Positions 51,563-61,787 are shown, numbered from the stretch's first letter. The stretch is DNA of 64,000 bases from an uncultured Cryptobacterium sp. (GCA_964456695.1 CAYWAO010000005.1:19905-83904), one strand, 5' to 3'. Program-made: numbers and translations. The notes: a model not told the origin generated them from the letters alone.

Positions 51563-52063
51563 TTAATCTGAGAGAAAATCGTCAGGATTTAAGCGGGAAA
51601 CAAAATTGTGAAATTCTTCAAGATCTTCCTGCTCAGTTGCAGAAGACAGTTTAAAGGGCAACGATGCCTTCTGGGCAACTTTATCCATCACATAAATATG
51701 AGCATTCTGTCTAATAGCAAGTGCGATGGCATCGCTTGGTCGGGCATCAATTTCGACTAAGCGTCCATGATGACGCAGTGTTAATGTCGCGTAAAACGTT
51801 GTTTCTTTAACATCAGTAATGATGACGTGATCAACGTATGCATCAAGGCTTGAAATTGCGTTGATAAATAAATCATGAGGTAATGGACGTTCAGCTTGTA
51901 CGCCTCGTATTGCCATTCCGATCAGGGCAGCTTCTGGTGGGCCAATCCAAATAGGAATGCAGCGATTAATATTATCCGCGTCAGTTTCTTGCGAGCAGAG
52001 AATAACAACTGAAGGATTTTCATTTTGTGATATAACCAATGTTTGAACACGCACGGGAATCAT
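51563..52063 (-). CDS. Bifunctional nuclease family protein (DUF151/BFN domain)
   Basis: Start taken at MIPVRV. Motifs IPIWIGPPEA and ERPLPHDL, and RPSDAIALA typical of DUF151. Confidence 0.75.
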   Translation of the reverse strand: MIPVRVQTLVISQNENPSVVILCSQETDADNINRCIPIWIGPPEAALIGMAIRGVQAERPLPHDLFINAISSLDAYVDHVIITDVKETTFYATLTLRHHGRLVEIDARPSDAIALAIRQNAHIYVMDKVAQKASLPFKLSSATEQEDLEEFHNFVSRLNPDDFLSD

Positions 52064-52234
52064 AATTGCCTCCCTCAATAGCATGATATACTTCTAGGAT
52101 AGCATGCTTACCGCACGGGGTAGAGTGAATTGCATATTTATCCGTTAGCATCAGCATAGAAACTTAAAAATTGTTTCGTATTTACTCTTGACTTGATTTG
52201 GTAAGGGTAGTAAATTGGCCTAGCGCGATTTTTC

Positions 52235-52311
<77 letters not shown>

Positions 52312-52322
52312 TTTATTTGCAT

Positions 52323-52366
52323 ATAAGCGCTCCACCGTGAGCCGAGTTAGCCGGTGGAGCGCTTAT
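52323..52366 (+). repeat. Perfect 15-bp-stem hairpin between tRNA-Ile and tRNA-Ala
   Basis: ATAAGCGCTCCACCG, a 14-nt loop, then CGGTGGAGCGCTTAT. No T-run follows. Confidence 0.7.
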
Positions 52367-52384
52367 AGATAAAATCGCATATAC

Positions 52385-52460
52385 GGGGCATTAGCTCAGC
52401 TGGGAGAGCGCGGGCTTTGCAAGCCTGAGGTCAGGGGTTCGATCCCCCTATGCTCCACCA
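52385..52460 (+). tRNA. tRNA-Ala (anticodon TGC)
   Basis: GGGGCATTAGCTCAGCTGGGAGAGC with the G3:U70 identity pair, anticodon loop TTTGCAA and encoded CCA. Confidence 0.92.
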
Positions 52461-52467
52461 CTAATCC

Positions 52468-52499
52468 AAGGCCGAATTTATTTCGGCCTTTTATTTTTG
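52468..52499 (+). terminator. Rho-independent terminator after tRNA-Ala
   Basis: AAGGCCGAA-TTTAT-TTCGGCCTT followed by TTATTTTTG. Confidence 0.75.
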
Positions 52500-52518
52500 C
52501 AAAGGAAGAGAGATTTTC

Positions 52519-54333
52519 ATGAAGCAAGAAAATATCCGTAATGTTGCCATTATTGCTCACGTTGATCATGGAAAAACGACCCTGGTTGATCGTTTGCTCT
52601 ACACCGCTGGCGTATTTCGTGAAAATCAAGAAGTGGCTGAACGCGTGCTTGATTCAAATGATCAGGAGCGTGAACGTGGTATCACCATTCTTTCAAAGAA
52701 TATTTCTATTACCTATAAAGATGTAAAGATTAATGTTATTGACACGCCCGGTCATGCGGATTTTGGCGGTGAAGTGGAGCGTGTCCTTAATATGGCAGAC
52801 GGTGCGCTGCTTATCGTTGATGCCTTTGAAGGTCCTATGCCTCAAACACGCTTTGTACTATCGAAGGCCTTGTCGTTGGGGCTGCGTATTGTTGTGGTTG
52901 TGAATAAAATTGATCGACCTGGTGCCCGTCCCGATGAAGTGGTCAATGAGGTGTTTGACCTTATGGTTGAACTTGAAGCATCAGACGAGCAGCTTGATTT
53001 TCCCATTATCTACACTAGCGCCATGAATGGCTATGCCCGCTATGACGCTGACGATGTCAATATGAACATGGTTCCTTTGTTGGACACGATTCTCAAAGAA
53101 ATTCCTGCTCCGGATTGTGAGCCTGCTGATCCTGTTGCGTTGCAAATTTGTACGGTTGATCATTCGAGTTTCGTTGGACGTATTGGAGTAGGTCGTTTGT
53201 TTTCGGGCACTATGCACAAAAACGAGCCGGTGTTGGTCGTAAAGCACGATGGCATGCGCTACAACACCATTATTAAACAGGTGTTCATCTTTGAAGAGCT
53301 GGGCAAAAAGGAAGTTAAGGAAGCAAAAGCGGGCGATATTATTGCAGTTGTTGGTGTAGAAGATGCAGACATTGGTGATATGGTGACGAATCGTGATCAT
53401 CCGGTTGTGCTTGATCCTATCGAGGTTGAAGAACCAACCATGGCAGTTGTTTTTGAAGCGTCAACTTCACCTTTAGTTGGTCGTGAAGGTGAAATCGTTC
53501 AGGCGCGCCAGCTCAAAGAGCGTCTCTTCCGTGAAGCTGAATCTAATATTTCGATGCGCATTACCGAAACTGAAGACAAATCAGGAGTTGAAGTAGCCGG
53601 ACGAGGGTTACTTCATTTGTCGGTTTTGATGGAGACCATGCGTCGCGAAGGCTATGAATTTCAGGTAGGACGTCCGCGTGTCATCATCAAAAAGGATGAA
53701 CAGGGTAATACATATGAACCTATCGAAGAAGCAACCGTTGATACTTCTAGCGAATATGCGGGCAAATGTATTGAAGTGTTTGGACAAGCAGGTGGCGAGA
53801 TGATTGATATGCACCAGAAGGGTGAGCAAACCCATCTGGTATTCAAAATCCCTTCTCGTGGAACCATGGGCCTTCGCACAAAACTACTCAATGTATCGCG
53901 TGGTGAGATCACTATGTTTCATCACTTTAGTGAATATGGCCCCTATCGCGGTGAATTTAACGGGCGTAAAAACGGTTCTATGATTGCGATGGCAACGGAA
54001 AAGTCAGTTGCGTATGCTCTTGATTCGTTGCAGCAACGGGGACGCTTGTTTATCGGCCCAGGCGAGGACTGCTACGAAGGCATGATTGTGGGAGAATCTG
54101 CCAAAGAAGGCGATATGGTAGTAAACGTTGCTAAGGCAAAGCAACTTGGTAATCAACGCTCTTCAGGAGCCGATAAGGCAATCCAGCTTACTCCTCCGGT
54201 GACGTTTACGCTTGAGGAAGCGCTTGAGTATATTGAAGACGACGAGTTAGTTGAAATTACGCCAAAGTCTATTCGCTTGCGTAAGCGTATTCTTTCGGCA
54301 GTTGAGCGCAGAAAAGAAGCGAAAAAAGCCTAG
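52519..54333 (+). CDS. typA: Translational GTPase TypA/BipA
   Basis: 604 aa. AHVDHGKTT, DTPGHADF and NKID G-motifs. Overall EF-G-like order with a BipA-type C-terminus. Confidence 0.93.
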   Translation: MKQENIRNVAIIAHVDHGKTTLVDRLLYTAGVFRENQEVAERVLDSNDQERERGITILSKNISITYKDVKINVIDTPGHADFGGEVERVLNMADGALLIVDAFEGPMPQTRFVLSKALSLGLRIVVVVNKIDRPGARPDEVVNEVFDLMVELEASDEQLDFPIIYTSAMNGYARYDADDVNMNMVPLLDTILKEIPAPDCEPADPVALQICTVDHSSFVGRIGVGRLFSGTMHKNEPVLVVKHDGMRYNTIIKQVFIFEELGKKEVKEAKAGDIIAVVGVEDADIGDMVTNRDHPVVLDPIEVEEPTMAVVFEASTSPLVGREGEIVQARQLKERLFREAESNISMRITETEDKSGVEVAGRGLLHLSVLMETMRREGYEFQVGRPRVIIKKDEQGNTYEPIEEATVDTSSEYAGKCIEVFGQAGGEMIDMHQKGEQTHLVFKIPSRGTMGLRTKLLNVSRGEITMFHHFSEYGPYRGEFNGRKNGSMIAMATEKSVAYALDSLQQRGRLFIGPGEDCYEGMIVGESAKEGDMVVNVAKAKQLGNQRSSGADKAIQLTPPVTFTLEEALEYIEDDELVEITPKSIRLRKRILSAVERRKEAKKA

Positions 54334-54614
54334 TTCCTCAGGCATTCTAGGACAATCGTATACTGCCAGTGAACTATAGTTGCAGTTCTATGAACAAAAG
54401 CTATACATCGTGTGGTGAAGCGTGTCATGTTTGGACCACACGCAAGAGATCAGGCCATGTCCGGAAAGACACAATTATGTAGAGCTTGTGGTAAACCAGT
54501 AGTCTGAAATGGTCAAATTGTGCGAAAGAAATTCGACCATAAAGCAATGTGACACAATTAGGGCATTGTCCGAACTAAGTAGCTCTTTGTAAATGAAAGA
54601 AAGATAGGAACTGT

Positions 54615-55796
54615 ATGAAACACGTAGGTCTTCTTCGCAAGGTATCTATCGTTGGTGTCTCCGCAGCATGTTGTTTTGCTCTTGTTGGGTGCGGTGGGAC
54701 AAACTATGGATACACCGGAGGCGTTGCTGCAACAGTGAATGGTACCGAAATCGAAGAGGATACCATCACGAAGTACATTCAGGATTTTCGTACGAACTCT
54801 GATTTGACCAGCGATCAAGACTGGGCAGATTGGATGATCGAAAATTCACTTGAGCCCTCCACTGTTCGCAGTCAGGTTATTGAATACTACACTGAAATCG
54901 AGCTGCGCAAGCAGGCGTGTGAAGAGCGCGATATCACGATCGATGAATCTGATGTAGATGAACAAATCGAAAGTGTTAAATCATACTATTCAAGTGACGA
55001 GGATTGGGAAGAAGCACTGAGTTCTGCCGGCATTACTGAAGAGCAGTATCGCGAATCAATAGAAGATGGTTTGCGCGATGAGGCACTGATGGAAAGTGTC
55101 GCGGGCGATGCGGCTACGGCTGATGATGATGAAGTGCTTGAGATGCTTAACACCTACTACACCATGTTTGATGGTGCAAAGCGCTCCTCTCATATTTTGT
55201 TCTCTTCCGATGACGAAGAAACCGCTCAAGAAGTGCTTGACGAAATCAACGCAGGCACCATCACCTTTGAGGAAGCTGCCGAGCAATATTCAACCGACAC
55301 TGCTTCAGCTGAAGATGGTGGTGATGTAGGTTGGGATGCAATCAACACCTTTGTCGATGCTTATACTTCGGCATTGGACGAGCTCTCAGAAGGTGAAGTT
55401 TCTGACTTGATTACGAGTGACTATGGCATCCATATTATTAAGTGTACCGATGAATTTTCCTGCGACGGTACTTCAGAATCACTTGATGAGTATCCTGATG
55501 AGTTCGTGGAATACATAGCGGAAATCGTAGAGAGTCAAAATCAGAGTGAGGCATACAGCGAGTGGTTTGAGTCCTATGAGGAACAGGCTGATATTACGAT
55601 CAATGACATGCCTTCTAATGTTCCGTACAATCTTGATATGACTCAATACGAAGATGAGTCCGATGAAGAGTCGACAGATACATCAAGTGAAGAAGAAACC
55701 GATGAGTCAAGTGACACATCGAGCGAAGAAGCAACAACCGAAGAGTCGAGTGATGACGAATCGGGCGACTCAAGCGACACAGAAACATCTGAATAG
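54615..55796 (+). CDS. Lipoprotein peptidyl-prolyl isomerase (PrsA/SurA-like, parvulin domain) with an acidic Ser/Glu/Asp/Thr-rich tail
   Basis: Lipobox LVGCGG. Parvulin segment (SSHILF...GGDVGW...SDYGIHIIK). The last roughly 50 aa are almost entirely D/E/S/T. Confidence 0.75.
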   Translation: MKHVGLLRKVSIVGVSAACCFALVGCGGTNYGYTGGVAATVNGTEIEEDTITKYIQDFRTNSDLTSDQDWADWMIENSLEPSTVRSQVIEYYTEIELRKQACEERDITIDESDVDEQIESVKSYYSSDEDWEEALSSAGITEEQYRESIEDGLRDEALMESVAGDAATADDDEVLEMLNTYYTMFDGAKRSSHILFSSDDEETAQEVLDEINAGTITFEEAAEQYSTDTASAEDGGDVGWDAINTFVDAYTSALDELSEGEVSDLITSDYGIHIIKCTDEFSCDGTSESLDEYPDEFVEYIAEIVESQNQSEAYSEWFESYEEQADITINDMPSNVPYNLDMTQYEDESDEESTDTSSEEETDESSDTSSEEATTEESSDDESGDSSDTETSE

Positions 55797-55951
55797 CACG
55801 GAATACTTTAAAAGGGTTCAACCATATAAAATTTCAAGAGAGGTTTCTTACGTAAAATGGGCGGGAGTCGCAAGACTTCCGCTTTGTTTTCTTGCACAAT
55901 AGGGGATGCAAGAAAAAGAGGATAGGCTTTTAATGCAAAGGGACAATTGGT

Positions 55952-56752
55952 ATGAATATCCAAGCACCATATCCGCTGATTACCTTTCACAATGCTGTTG
56001 TTCGTCGTGAGGGTAAAGAAATTCTCAAGATTGATGATTTTTCTTTAGCTCAAGGCGAAAGCATGGCTCTTATCGGCCCTAATGGAGCGGGTAAATCAAC
56101 GTTTATCAATCTTATTACGCGCGAAGTATTCCCTCTGTACCGTGAAGATCCACCGGTGTTATTCAAGGGCCGATCGTTAGTAACCTTGCAAGAAATAAAG
56201 CAATGCTTAGGCGTGGTGTCTACCAGCATGCAAAGTCAAATCATGGTGCATCTGCCTGTTCTTGAAGTGGTGTATGGCGGACTTTTGGGATCTTTGGGTG
56301 TTCCTCGGCAATACACTATGAATGATGAGGGAATAGAAAAAGTCAAAAAAGTTTTGTCGTTTTTAGGAATTGGTGATTTAGCGGATCGTAATGTTAAGAC
56401 GCTTTCGTCCGGACAGGCACGACGCGTGTTGATTGCGCGTGCTTTAGTTCACGATCCTGAGGTGCTTGTGCTGGATGAACCAACCACGGGGCTTGATCCT
56501 GAAGGTATGTATTATGTTCGCAAAGCAATGCGAGATCTGACGCTGGTTGGCAAAGCGATCATTTTGGTTACGCACTATCCTGAAGATATTATTCCTGAAA
56601 TTCAGCGGGTGCTCATGATTCGTGAGGGCACTATATTTGCAGATAAATCTAAAGAAGAAGCGCTGAGCAATGAATGTATGTCTCAACTTTTTGATGTTCC
56701 TCTAAAAATCTTGTCTCAAGATGGATATTATTCTCTTATTACTGAGTACTGA
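55952..56752 (+). CDS. ABC-transporter-type ATP-binding protein (no adjacent permease)
   Basis: Walker A GPNGAGKST, signature LSSGQARR and Walker B LVLDEPTTGLD. Confidence 0.85.
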   Translation: MNIQAPYPLITFHNAVVRREGKEILKIDDFSLAQGESMALIGPNGAGKSTFINLITREVFPLYREDPPVLFKGRSLVTLQEIKQCLGVVSTSMQSQIMVHLPVLEVVYGGLLGSLGVPRQYTMNDEGIEKVKKVLSFLGIGDLADRNVKTLSSGQARRVLIARALVHDPEVLVLDEPTTGLDPEGMYYVRKAMRDLTLVGKAIILVTHYPEDIIPEIQRVLMIREGTIFADKSKEEALSNECMSQLFDVPLKILSQDGYYSLITEY

Positions 56753-56793
56753 AGTAGTGTATAATGCGAACTTGTCTTGAAAAAGTGTGTTAT

Positions 56794-56886
56794 GGAGAGA
56801 TGTCCGAGTCTGGCTGAAGGAGCACGATTGGAAATCGTGTGTGCGCCAAAAGCGTACCTGGGGTTCGAATCCCCATCTCTCCGCCA
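56794..56886 (+). tRNA. tRNA-Ser (anticodon GGA)
   Basis: Class II tRNA with a long variable arm. Anticodon loop TTGGAAA, GGTTCGAATCC T-loop and CCA. Confidence 0.9.
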
Positions 56887-57085
56887 GAAATACCTCGTGT
56901 ATGCGGCAAGCCACAAAGGGCTCGTTTGCTTTTACCGTAAGAAGTAACAGTTCAAAACAGACAGGCTATCCGGTGGATTTGCATACATGATTGATATAGG
57001 CGTCGCAGGTAGACGCATGGATGAGACGCTCTTTCAGGAGCGTTTTCTTGAAGATGGGCACATGCGGCTCAAACAAAGCAATAGT

Positions 57086-57178
57086 GGAAGGATGGCAGAG
57101 CGGCTGAATGCGGCGGTCTCGAAAACCGTTTTACCGGTACTCCCGGTAACGAGGGTTCAAATCCCTCTCCTTCCGCCA
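57086..57178 (+). tRNA. tRNA-Ser (anticodon CGA)
   Basis: Class II tRNA. Anticodon loop CTCGAAA, long variable arm, GGTTCAAATCC T-loop and CCA. Confidence 0.9.
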
Positions 57179-57472
57179 GATTTTCAATCCTTCGTACCTA
57201 CAATTAGATTATTTTGTGCTTTTACGAGATGCATGATTCAGATGTATATATCAGACATCATCTTGCGCAGTAAACCTTAATTTTATGTAATGCATTCTGC
57301 AATTTAATAGTATTTGTGAAAGCGAAATTAAAACAGAATTGCCGTAGTACCATGAAAACTGACTTTTTGCATCTTGTATCTATACGAATCGCAGATGCAG
57401 ATTTACTATGCACACTTGCGGTGCACGCATATGTGTTATCCGCTCTTGGTAACAAGGATAGAAAGCAATATC

Positions 57473-59785
57473 ATGGTTCAAATAGCCATTACTTGCATTG
57501 CGCTTGTTGTCTTTGTTTTTAGACTTAAGCGCATTGTAGCGAGTGAAAGTACTTCAAATATCACTCACACAAGTTCCGGGAAACAAGCTGACACTGATGC
57601 GAACTCAACGGGCAAGATAGCTTTAATTGCTTCGTTTGTGCGTTCATTACCCTTTACACGAAGATCGCTTGTGCGTTCATTGGTGTTTCTCCTAGCGCTT
57701 ATCTTTTTGGCTGTATATGCAGCTGCAGGTCTTGTCGCGTTCGATGTTGTGTCCTTTGTGATTCTCGCAATCGTTCTTGTTGCCTGTGCTCTTTTGCAAC
57801 TACGTATGCATTGCTTCATCGCTCGTATTGACGGAAAACTCTCGCATAACACACGATGGGCACGTCCTGTTGTGGCGTTTATTCTCTGTGTGCTCTTTGC
57901 TTTCTTAGCACTTGAGATACCTTCGAATCATGTGATTGTTTCGATGAAACCGTATTGTGTAATCATTGAGCTGGCACTGATAGCATTGGTGATGCTTGTT
58001 TTATATTTCTTATTTCAGCGTCGGGCGTATGGTCTGGTTATTGCCATTGTTGCGTTTTTGCTGTTGGGCCTTTCTGAATATTTCGTAATCACATTTAAAA
58101 ATATGCCCATTATGCCAAGTGACCTCTTGGCAATTGGGACGGCAGCTGCGGTGAGTGCGAACTATGTGTATCTGCTGTCTGCGTATGCGATCTATGGCAT
58201 TATGTTCGCTGCTATTGGATGTGCGCTCGCTCCGTTCGCCTCTACGCCGGCGCGGCGAATCGGCAAGGCTGAACCTCGTCGTCACCTGCGCCGTGTTCTT
58301 TCTGTTGGTATCAACCTCCTTATTGCTGTTGTTGCTGCTGCTGCACTGTATTGTGGAGTTTTCAAGATCGACTATCTTGAAGATTTGAATGTGAGCGTGG
58401 ATGCCTGGCAGCCATTGCGTGCGTATTACAAGCAAGGTTTTTTGCCTTCCTTTATTGTGAACTACCAGAACATTGAGCAAGAAGAACCTGATGGCTATTC
58501 GGATGAGTATGCAGATGAGTTGCTTGCTGAATATGTAGAAGAATATGAGGAAATAGAAGCTTCAAGTGAGCGCTACCAGGCTGCGTCGAGCCAATTTGAA
58601 GAAGAACAGCCCTGCGTTATTGCGATTATGAACGAGACGTTTTCTGACCTGTCGATTTACGATGAACTCGATTCTAACTACACCGGTCCTGAGAACTTCC
58701 AAAATATCAATGACGCGCTTGTTAAAGGTAAGCTGTATGTTTCTGCCTATGGTGGTGGTACCTGTAATTCTGAGTTTGAATTTCTTACGGGTGCATCGCT
58801 TGGCTACATGGGTTCCGGTGTATACCCCTACCAGCTCTACAATCTATCTGGGGCCCAGAGTATTGTGAGCACTCTGACCGATGCAGGCTATACCGCTACG
58901 GCTATTCACCCGAATGCTGGCACCAACTGGAATCGTGACAACGTGTATGAGGCACTTGGGTTCGATGATTTTCTTACTATTGAGGATTTTGAGGGCGCTG
59001 AGACCTATCGCGATATGGTGAGTGACAGTGCTACGTACGACAAGATTTTGGATATTCTTGAATCGAGCGACGATCCTCAATTTGTGTTTGACGTTACTAT
59101 GCAGAACCATTCGGGATATCTTACTGATGCGTTGCCCGACTCCATGAAAGAAGAGTATGTTGATTATAACGTAGCCAATGAGGATAGCATGGCTGAAACA
59201 AATGAGTATCTCTCACTCATTGATGAATCTGATCGAGCACTTGCTGAATTCTTGGAAGCGCTTCAGGAACTTGACCGTCCTGTGGTGGTTATCTTCTTTG
59301 GTGACCATCAGCCCAGCTTTAGCAGTGATTATAATGAGGCTCTCATGTCAGATGACGAAGGCACGATCGAATATACGCAGCGGTTATGGCAAACCGAATA
59401 TATGATCTGGGCAAACTATGATGTGGCAGAAACTGATCAAACAAGCACCATCGACGACACCTCCGCGTGTTTCTTAGCGGCTCAGGCTCTCGATTTGATA
59501 GGTGCACCTTTGTCCGACTATCAGAAAGCACAGATTGCGATTCGTCAAGAAATGCCCGCAATCAATTTGATGGGTTATCAAGGTGCTGATCGTGAGTGGT
59601 ATTGGCATGAGCAGAGCAGCGATTATGAGGATAGCTATTATGCACTGCAGTATATGCAATATCGCATGCTCTTCCGTAATGGTACTGATCCCTATGCGGT
59701 AGAGTATTCAACTGCTACGAATGACGTGGATCCAACAGAGATTAAGTCAATCGGTTCCACGACGACAGAGACAACAGAAGAGTAA
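57473..59785 (+). CDS. LtaS-like sulfatase-family (phosphoglycerol/alkaline-phosphatase superfamily) polytopic membrane protein
   Basis: Start taken at MVQIAI. Multi-TM N-terminal half. Extracytoplasmic domain with MNETFSD, GGGTCNSEFEFLTG and FFGDHQP motifs typical of the LTA-synthase family. Confidence 0.75.
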   Translation: MVQIAITCIALVVFVFRLKRIVASESTSNITHTSSGKQADTDANSTGKIALIASFVRSLPFTRRSLVRSLVFLLALIFLAVYAAAGLVAFDVVSFVILAIVLVACALLQLRMHCFIARIDGKLSHNTRWARPVVAFILCVLFAFLALEIPSNHVIVSMKPYCVIIELALIALVMLVLYFLFQRRAYGLVIAIVAFLLLGLSEYFVITFKNMPIMPSDLLAIGTAAAVSANYVYLLSAYAIYGIMFAAIGCALAPFASTPARRIGKAEPRRHLRRVLSVGINLLIAVVAAAALYCGVFKIDYLEDLNVSVDAWQPLRAYYKQGFLPSFIVNYQNIEQEEPDGYSDEYADELLAEYVEEYEEIEASSERYQAASSQFEEEQPCVIAIMNETFSDLSIYDELDSNYTGPENFQNINDALVKGKLYVSAYGGGTCNSEFEFLTGASLGYMGSGVYPYQLYNLSGAQSIVSTLTDAGYTATAIHPNAGTNWNRDNVYEALGFDDFLTIEDFEGAETYRDMVSDSATYDKILDILESSDDPQFVFDVTMQNHSGYLTDALPDSMKEEYVDYNVANEDSMAETNEYLSLIDESDRALAEFLEALQELDRPVVVIFFGDHQPSFSSDYNEALMSDDEGTIEYTQRLWQTEYMIWANYDVAETDQTSTIDDTSACFLAAQALDLIGAPLSDYQKAQIAIRQEMPAINLMGYQGADREWYWHEQSSDYEDSYYALQYMQYRMLFRNGTDPYAVEYSTATNDVDPTEIKSIGSTTTETTEE

Positions 59786-59802
59786 AAACAAACGGGGTTT
59801 GA

Positions 59803-59826
59803 GGGATCGCATATGCGATCCCTTTT
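59803..59826 (+). terminator. Rho-independent terminator after the LtaS-like gene
   Basis: Palindrome GGGATCGCATATGCGATCCC followed by TTTT. Confidence 0.75.
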
Positions 59827-60001
59827 CATGGATGCAATGTGTATCAGGTTTGTTTTTGTGCACGACAAGACGTTCAGTTTTGCAATCTGTAGCGTAGTGC
59901 CACGCGCACAGCCTACCAATTAGACACTTTGCACGCGCTTTTTCTATTTTTGCAAAGGGACGTGCTACACTGCAAAACACAGTGATAGAGACGATGAAAG
60001 G

Positions 60002-60532
60002 ATGGCCACGATGGCCGAGCGCATAATCGATCCTGAGGAGAATGCCCCTGAAGAGGATATCGATGATGTTCTAAAAACTATTATTCGTGCAGTTCTCGAT
60101 GAAGCTGCTGCCAAAATGGAAAACGGAGAAGACATTATTCCCTTTACCGGCTTAGCAGTAAAGGAGAATTTGTTTATCGAAACTCATCCGGGCAATGATG
60201 TGGAGGAATGCTTTCTTGCGGCACGTCGAGAGGTCGAAGGAGCTCGCGGCGCGACAGCATATGCATTTTGCTATGACGGATATATCGAGACCGAAAACGG
60301 AATGCGCGATGCGATCATCGCGGAAGGCGGCCTTCCAGGCGAAGAGTGTGCCTATGCATTCGGATATTTCTACGATGATTCCGGCATTGATCGTGACATT
60401 GTCTATATAGGTCCTGCACCTAATTTTATGGAAAATCTGAAACTTGAACTTGATATGGAAGGTAGTCTTGATCCGGCAAGCCAGATTCTTTTTGATGGTC
60501 AAGACGAAGATACCGAAGATTCTGAAAAGTAG
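60002..60532 (+). CDS. Hypothetical acidic 176-aa protein
   Basis: Intact ORF with its own terminator downstream. Very acidic termini. No recognisable motif. Confidence 0.5.
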   Translation: MATMAERIIDPEENAPEEDIDDVLKTIIRAVLDEAAAKMENGEDIIPFTGLAVKENLFIETHPGNDVEECFLAARREVEGARGATAYAFCYDGYIETENGMRDAIIAEGGLPGEECAYAFGYFYDDSGIDRDIVYIGPAPNFMENLKLELDMEGSLDPASQILFDGQDEDTEDSEK

Positions 60533-60663
60533 TCTTTTACTGAAATGCCGTGCTGTGTAGTGTGCTAAAGCGCATCTTGGTATTGAGCAGGGCGGACACA
60601 AGAGCTTCAACAAATGGGCAGGCTTTGTGCCAGCCTTGAGAGATCAATTGAGATAAGACTATC

Positions 60664-60703
60664 AAGCCTTCTTGTTGGATCGAGCACAGCAAGAAGGCTT
60701 TTT
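60664..60703 (+). terminator. Rho-independent terminator
   Basis: 11-bp perfect stem AAGCCTTCTTG / CAAGAAGGCTT with a 15-nt loop, followed by TTT. Confidence 0.6.
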
Positions 60704-60907
60704 AGTTAAGTGGGGCGCTAATCGTACGTGTAATGAATATTAGATTCTTTTTTCTTTTATATGAGCATGAGCTTATAGGCTTTTGGTATCTGAAAGATTA
60801 AGAGGTGAAGGATAGCAGGATATTAGGTAATGTGTGAAAAACATGAGTCCATATCCGAAACGTTGCGAAAAATGAAGCTATTTGTTACCATGGATCGGCT
60901 GTTCCTG

Positions 60908-60934
60908 CTTCGGGTATGCCTTCAAATCCCGAAG
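60908..60934 (+). promoter_or_regulatory. Leader hairpin immediately upstream of the rpsF Shine-Dalgarno (candidate S6:S18 autoregulatory element)
   Basis: 7-bp stem CTTCGGG / CCCGAAG with a 13-nt loop. Ends 12 nt before AGAGGAGGTG and the rpsF ATG. Confidence 0.35.
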
Positions 60935-60959
60935 CCGTAAGTCCAGAGGAGGTGAAGCA

Positions 60960-61253
60960 ATGAAGGCTTATGAACTCTTGTATATCGTAGCACCGTCAAT
61001 CGACGAAGAAACCCGTATTGCAGTTATGAAACGTATTGAAACCGTTCTTTCCGACAGGAATGACACGGTTGATAATGTTGACAACTGGGGAAAGCGCAAG
61101 CTTGCTTACGAGATTAATGGTTTAACTGACGGTGATTATACCCTTATCGATTTCCATGCAGAGCCTGATCATATTGCTGAGCTCGATCGTGTACTTCGCA
61201 TTACTGATGCAGTTGTGCGTCACATGATTGTTGCTCGTCCTGACCGCGATTAA
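60960..61253 (+). CDS. rpsF: 30S ribosomal protein S6
   Basis: Start at MKAYELLYIV behind a strong Shine-Dalgarno. 97 aa. Confidence 0.93.
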   Translation: MKAYELLYIVAPSIDEETRIAVMKRIETVLSDRNDTVDNVDNWGKRKLAYEINGLTDGDYTLIDFHAEPDHIAELDRVLRITDAVVRHMIVARPDRD

Positions 61254-61317
61254 AGGTACTACTAGCGTATGAAATCAAAGGCGAACGGAAGCGTTTGTAG
61301 CTAAAGAGAGGTTCAAA

Positions 61318-61767
61318 ATGAGCATCAATAGAGTTACTATCACGGGAAATCTTACACGTGATCCTGATCTTCGTTCTACATCAGGTGGTTTACCAGTACT
61401 GGGTTTTGGTGTTGCCGTCAATGATCGTCGTCGCAATCAGCAGACGGGCGAGTGGGAAGACTATCCTAATTTCATTGACTGCACGATGTTTGGTGCTCGT
61501 GCTCAGTCTATTTCACGATTCCTTTCTAAGGGAAGTAAAGTTGCCATTGAAGGAAAGCTTCGCTGGAGCCAGTGGGAGCGCGATGGGCAAAAACGGAGCA
61601 AGATCGAAGTCATTGTTGATGAAATTGAGTTTATGTCAGCTCGCAATGACGCCGCTCCTCGCAGTGATGAGCCCGTAACTCCAAGCAATATGGTTCCTGG
61701 GCAGTCGGCACCTGTGGCTGCTCCTGTGGTAGATGCCTCGGTTTACGATTCTGACATTCCGTTCTAA
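61318..61767 (+). CDS. ssb: Single-stranded DNA-binding protein
   Basis: OB-fold N-terminus ([16 protein letters not shown]). C-terminal acidic tip DSDIPF. Confidence 0.93.
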   Translation: MSINRVTITGNLTRDPDLRSTSGGLPVLGFGVAVNDRRRNQQTGEWEDYPNFIDCTMFGARAQSISRFLSKGSKVAIEGKLRWSQWERDGQKRSKIEVIVDEIEFMSARNDAAPRSDEPVTPSNMVPGQSAPVAAPVVDASVYDSDIPF

Positions 61768-61787
61768 TCATTCGAAAGAGGTTTTAC

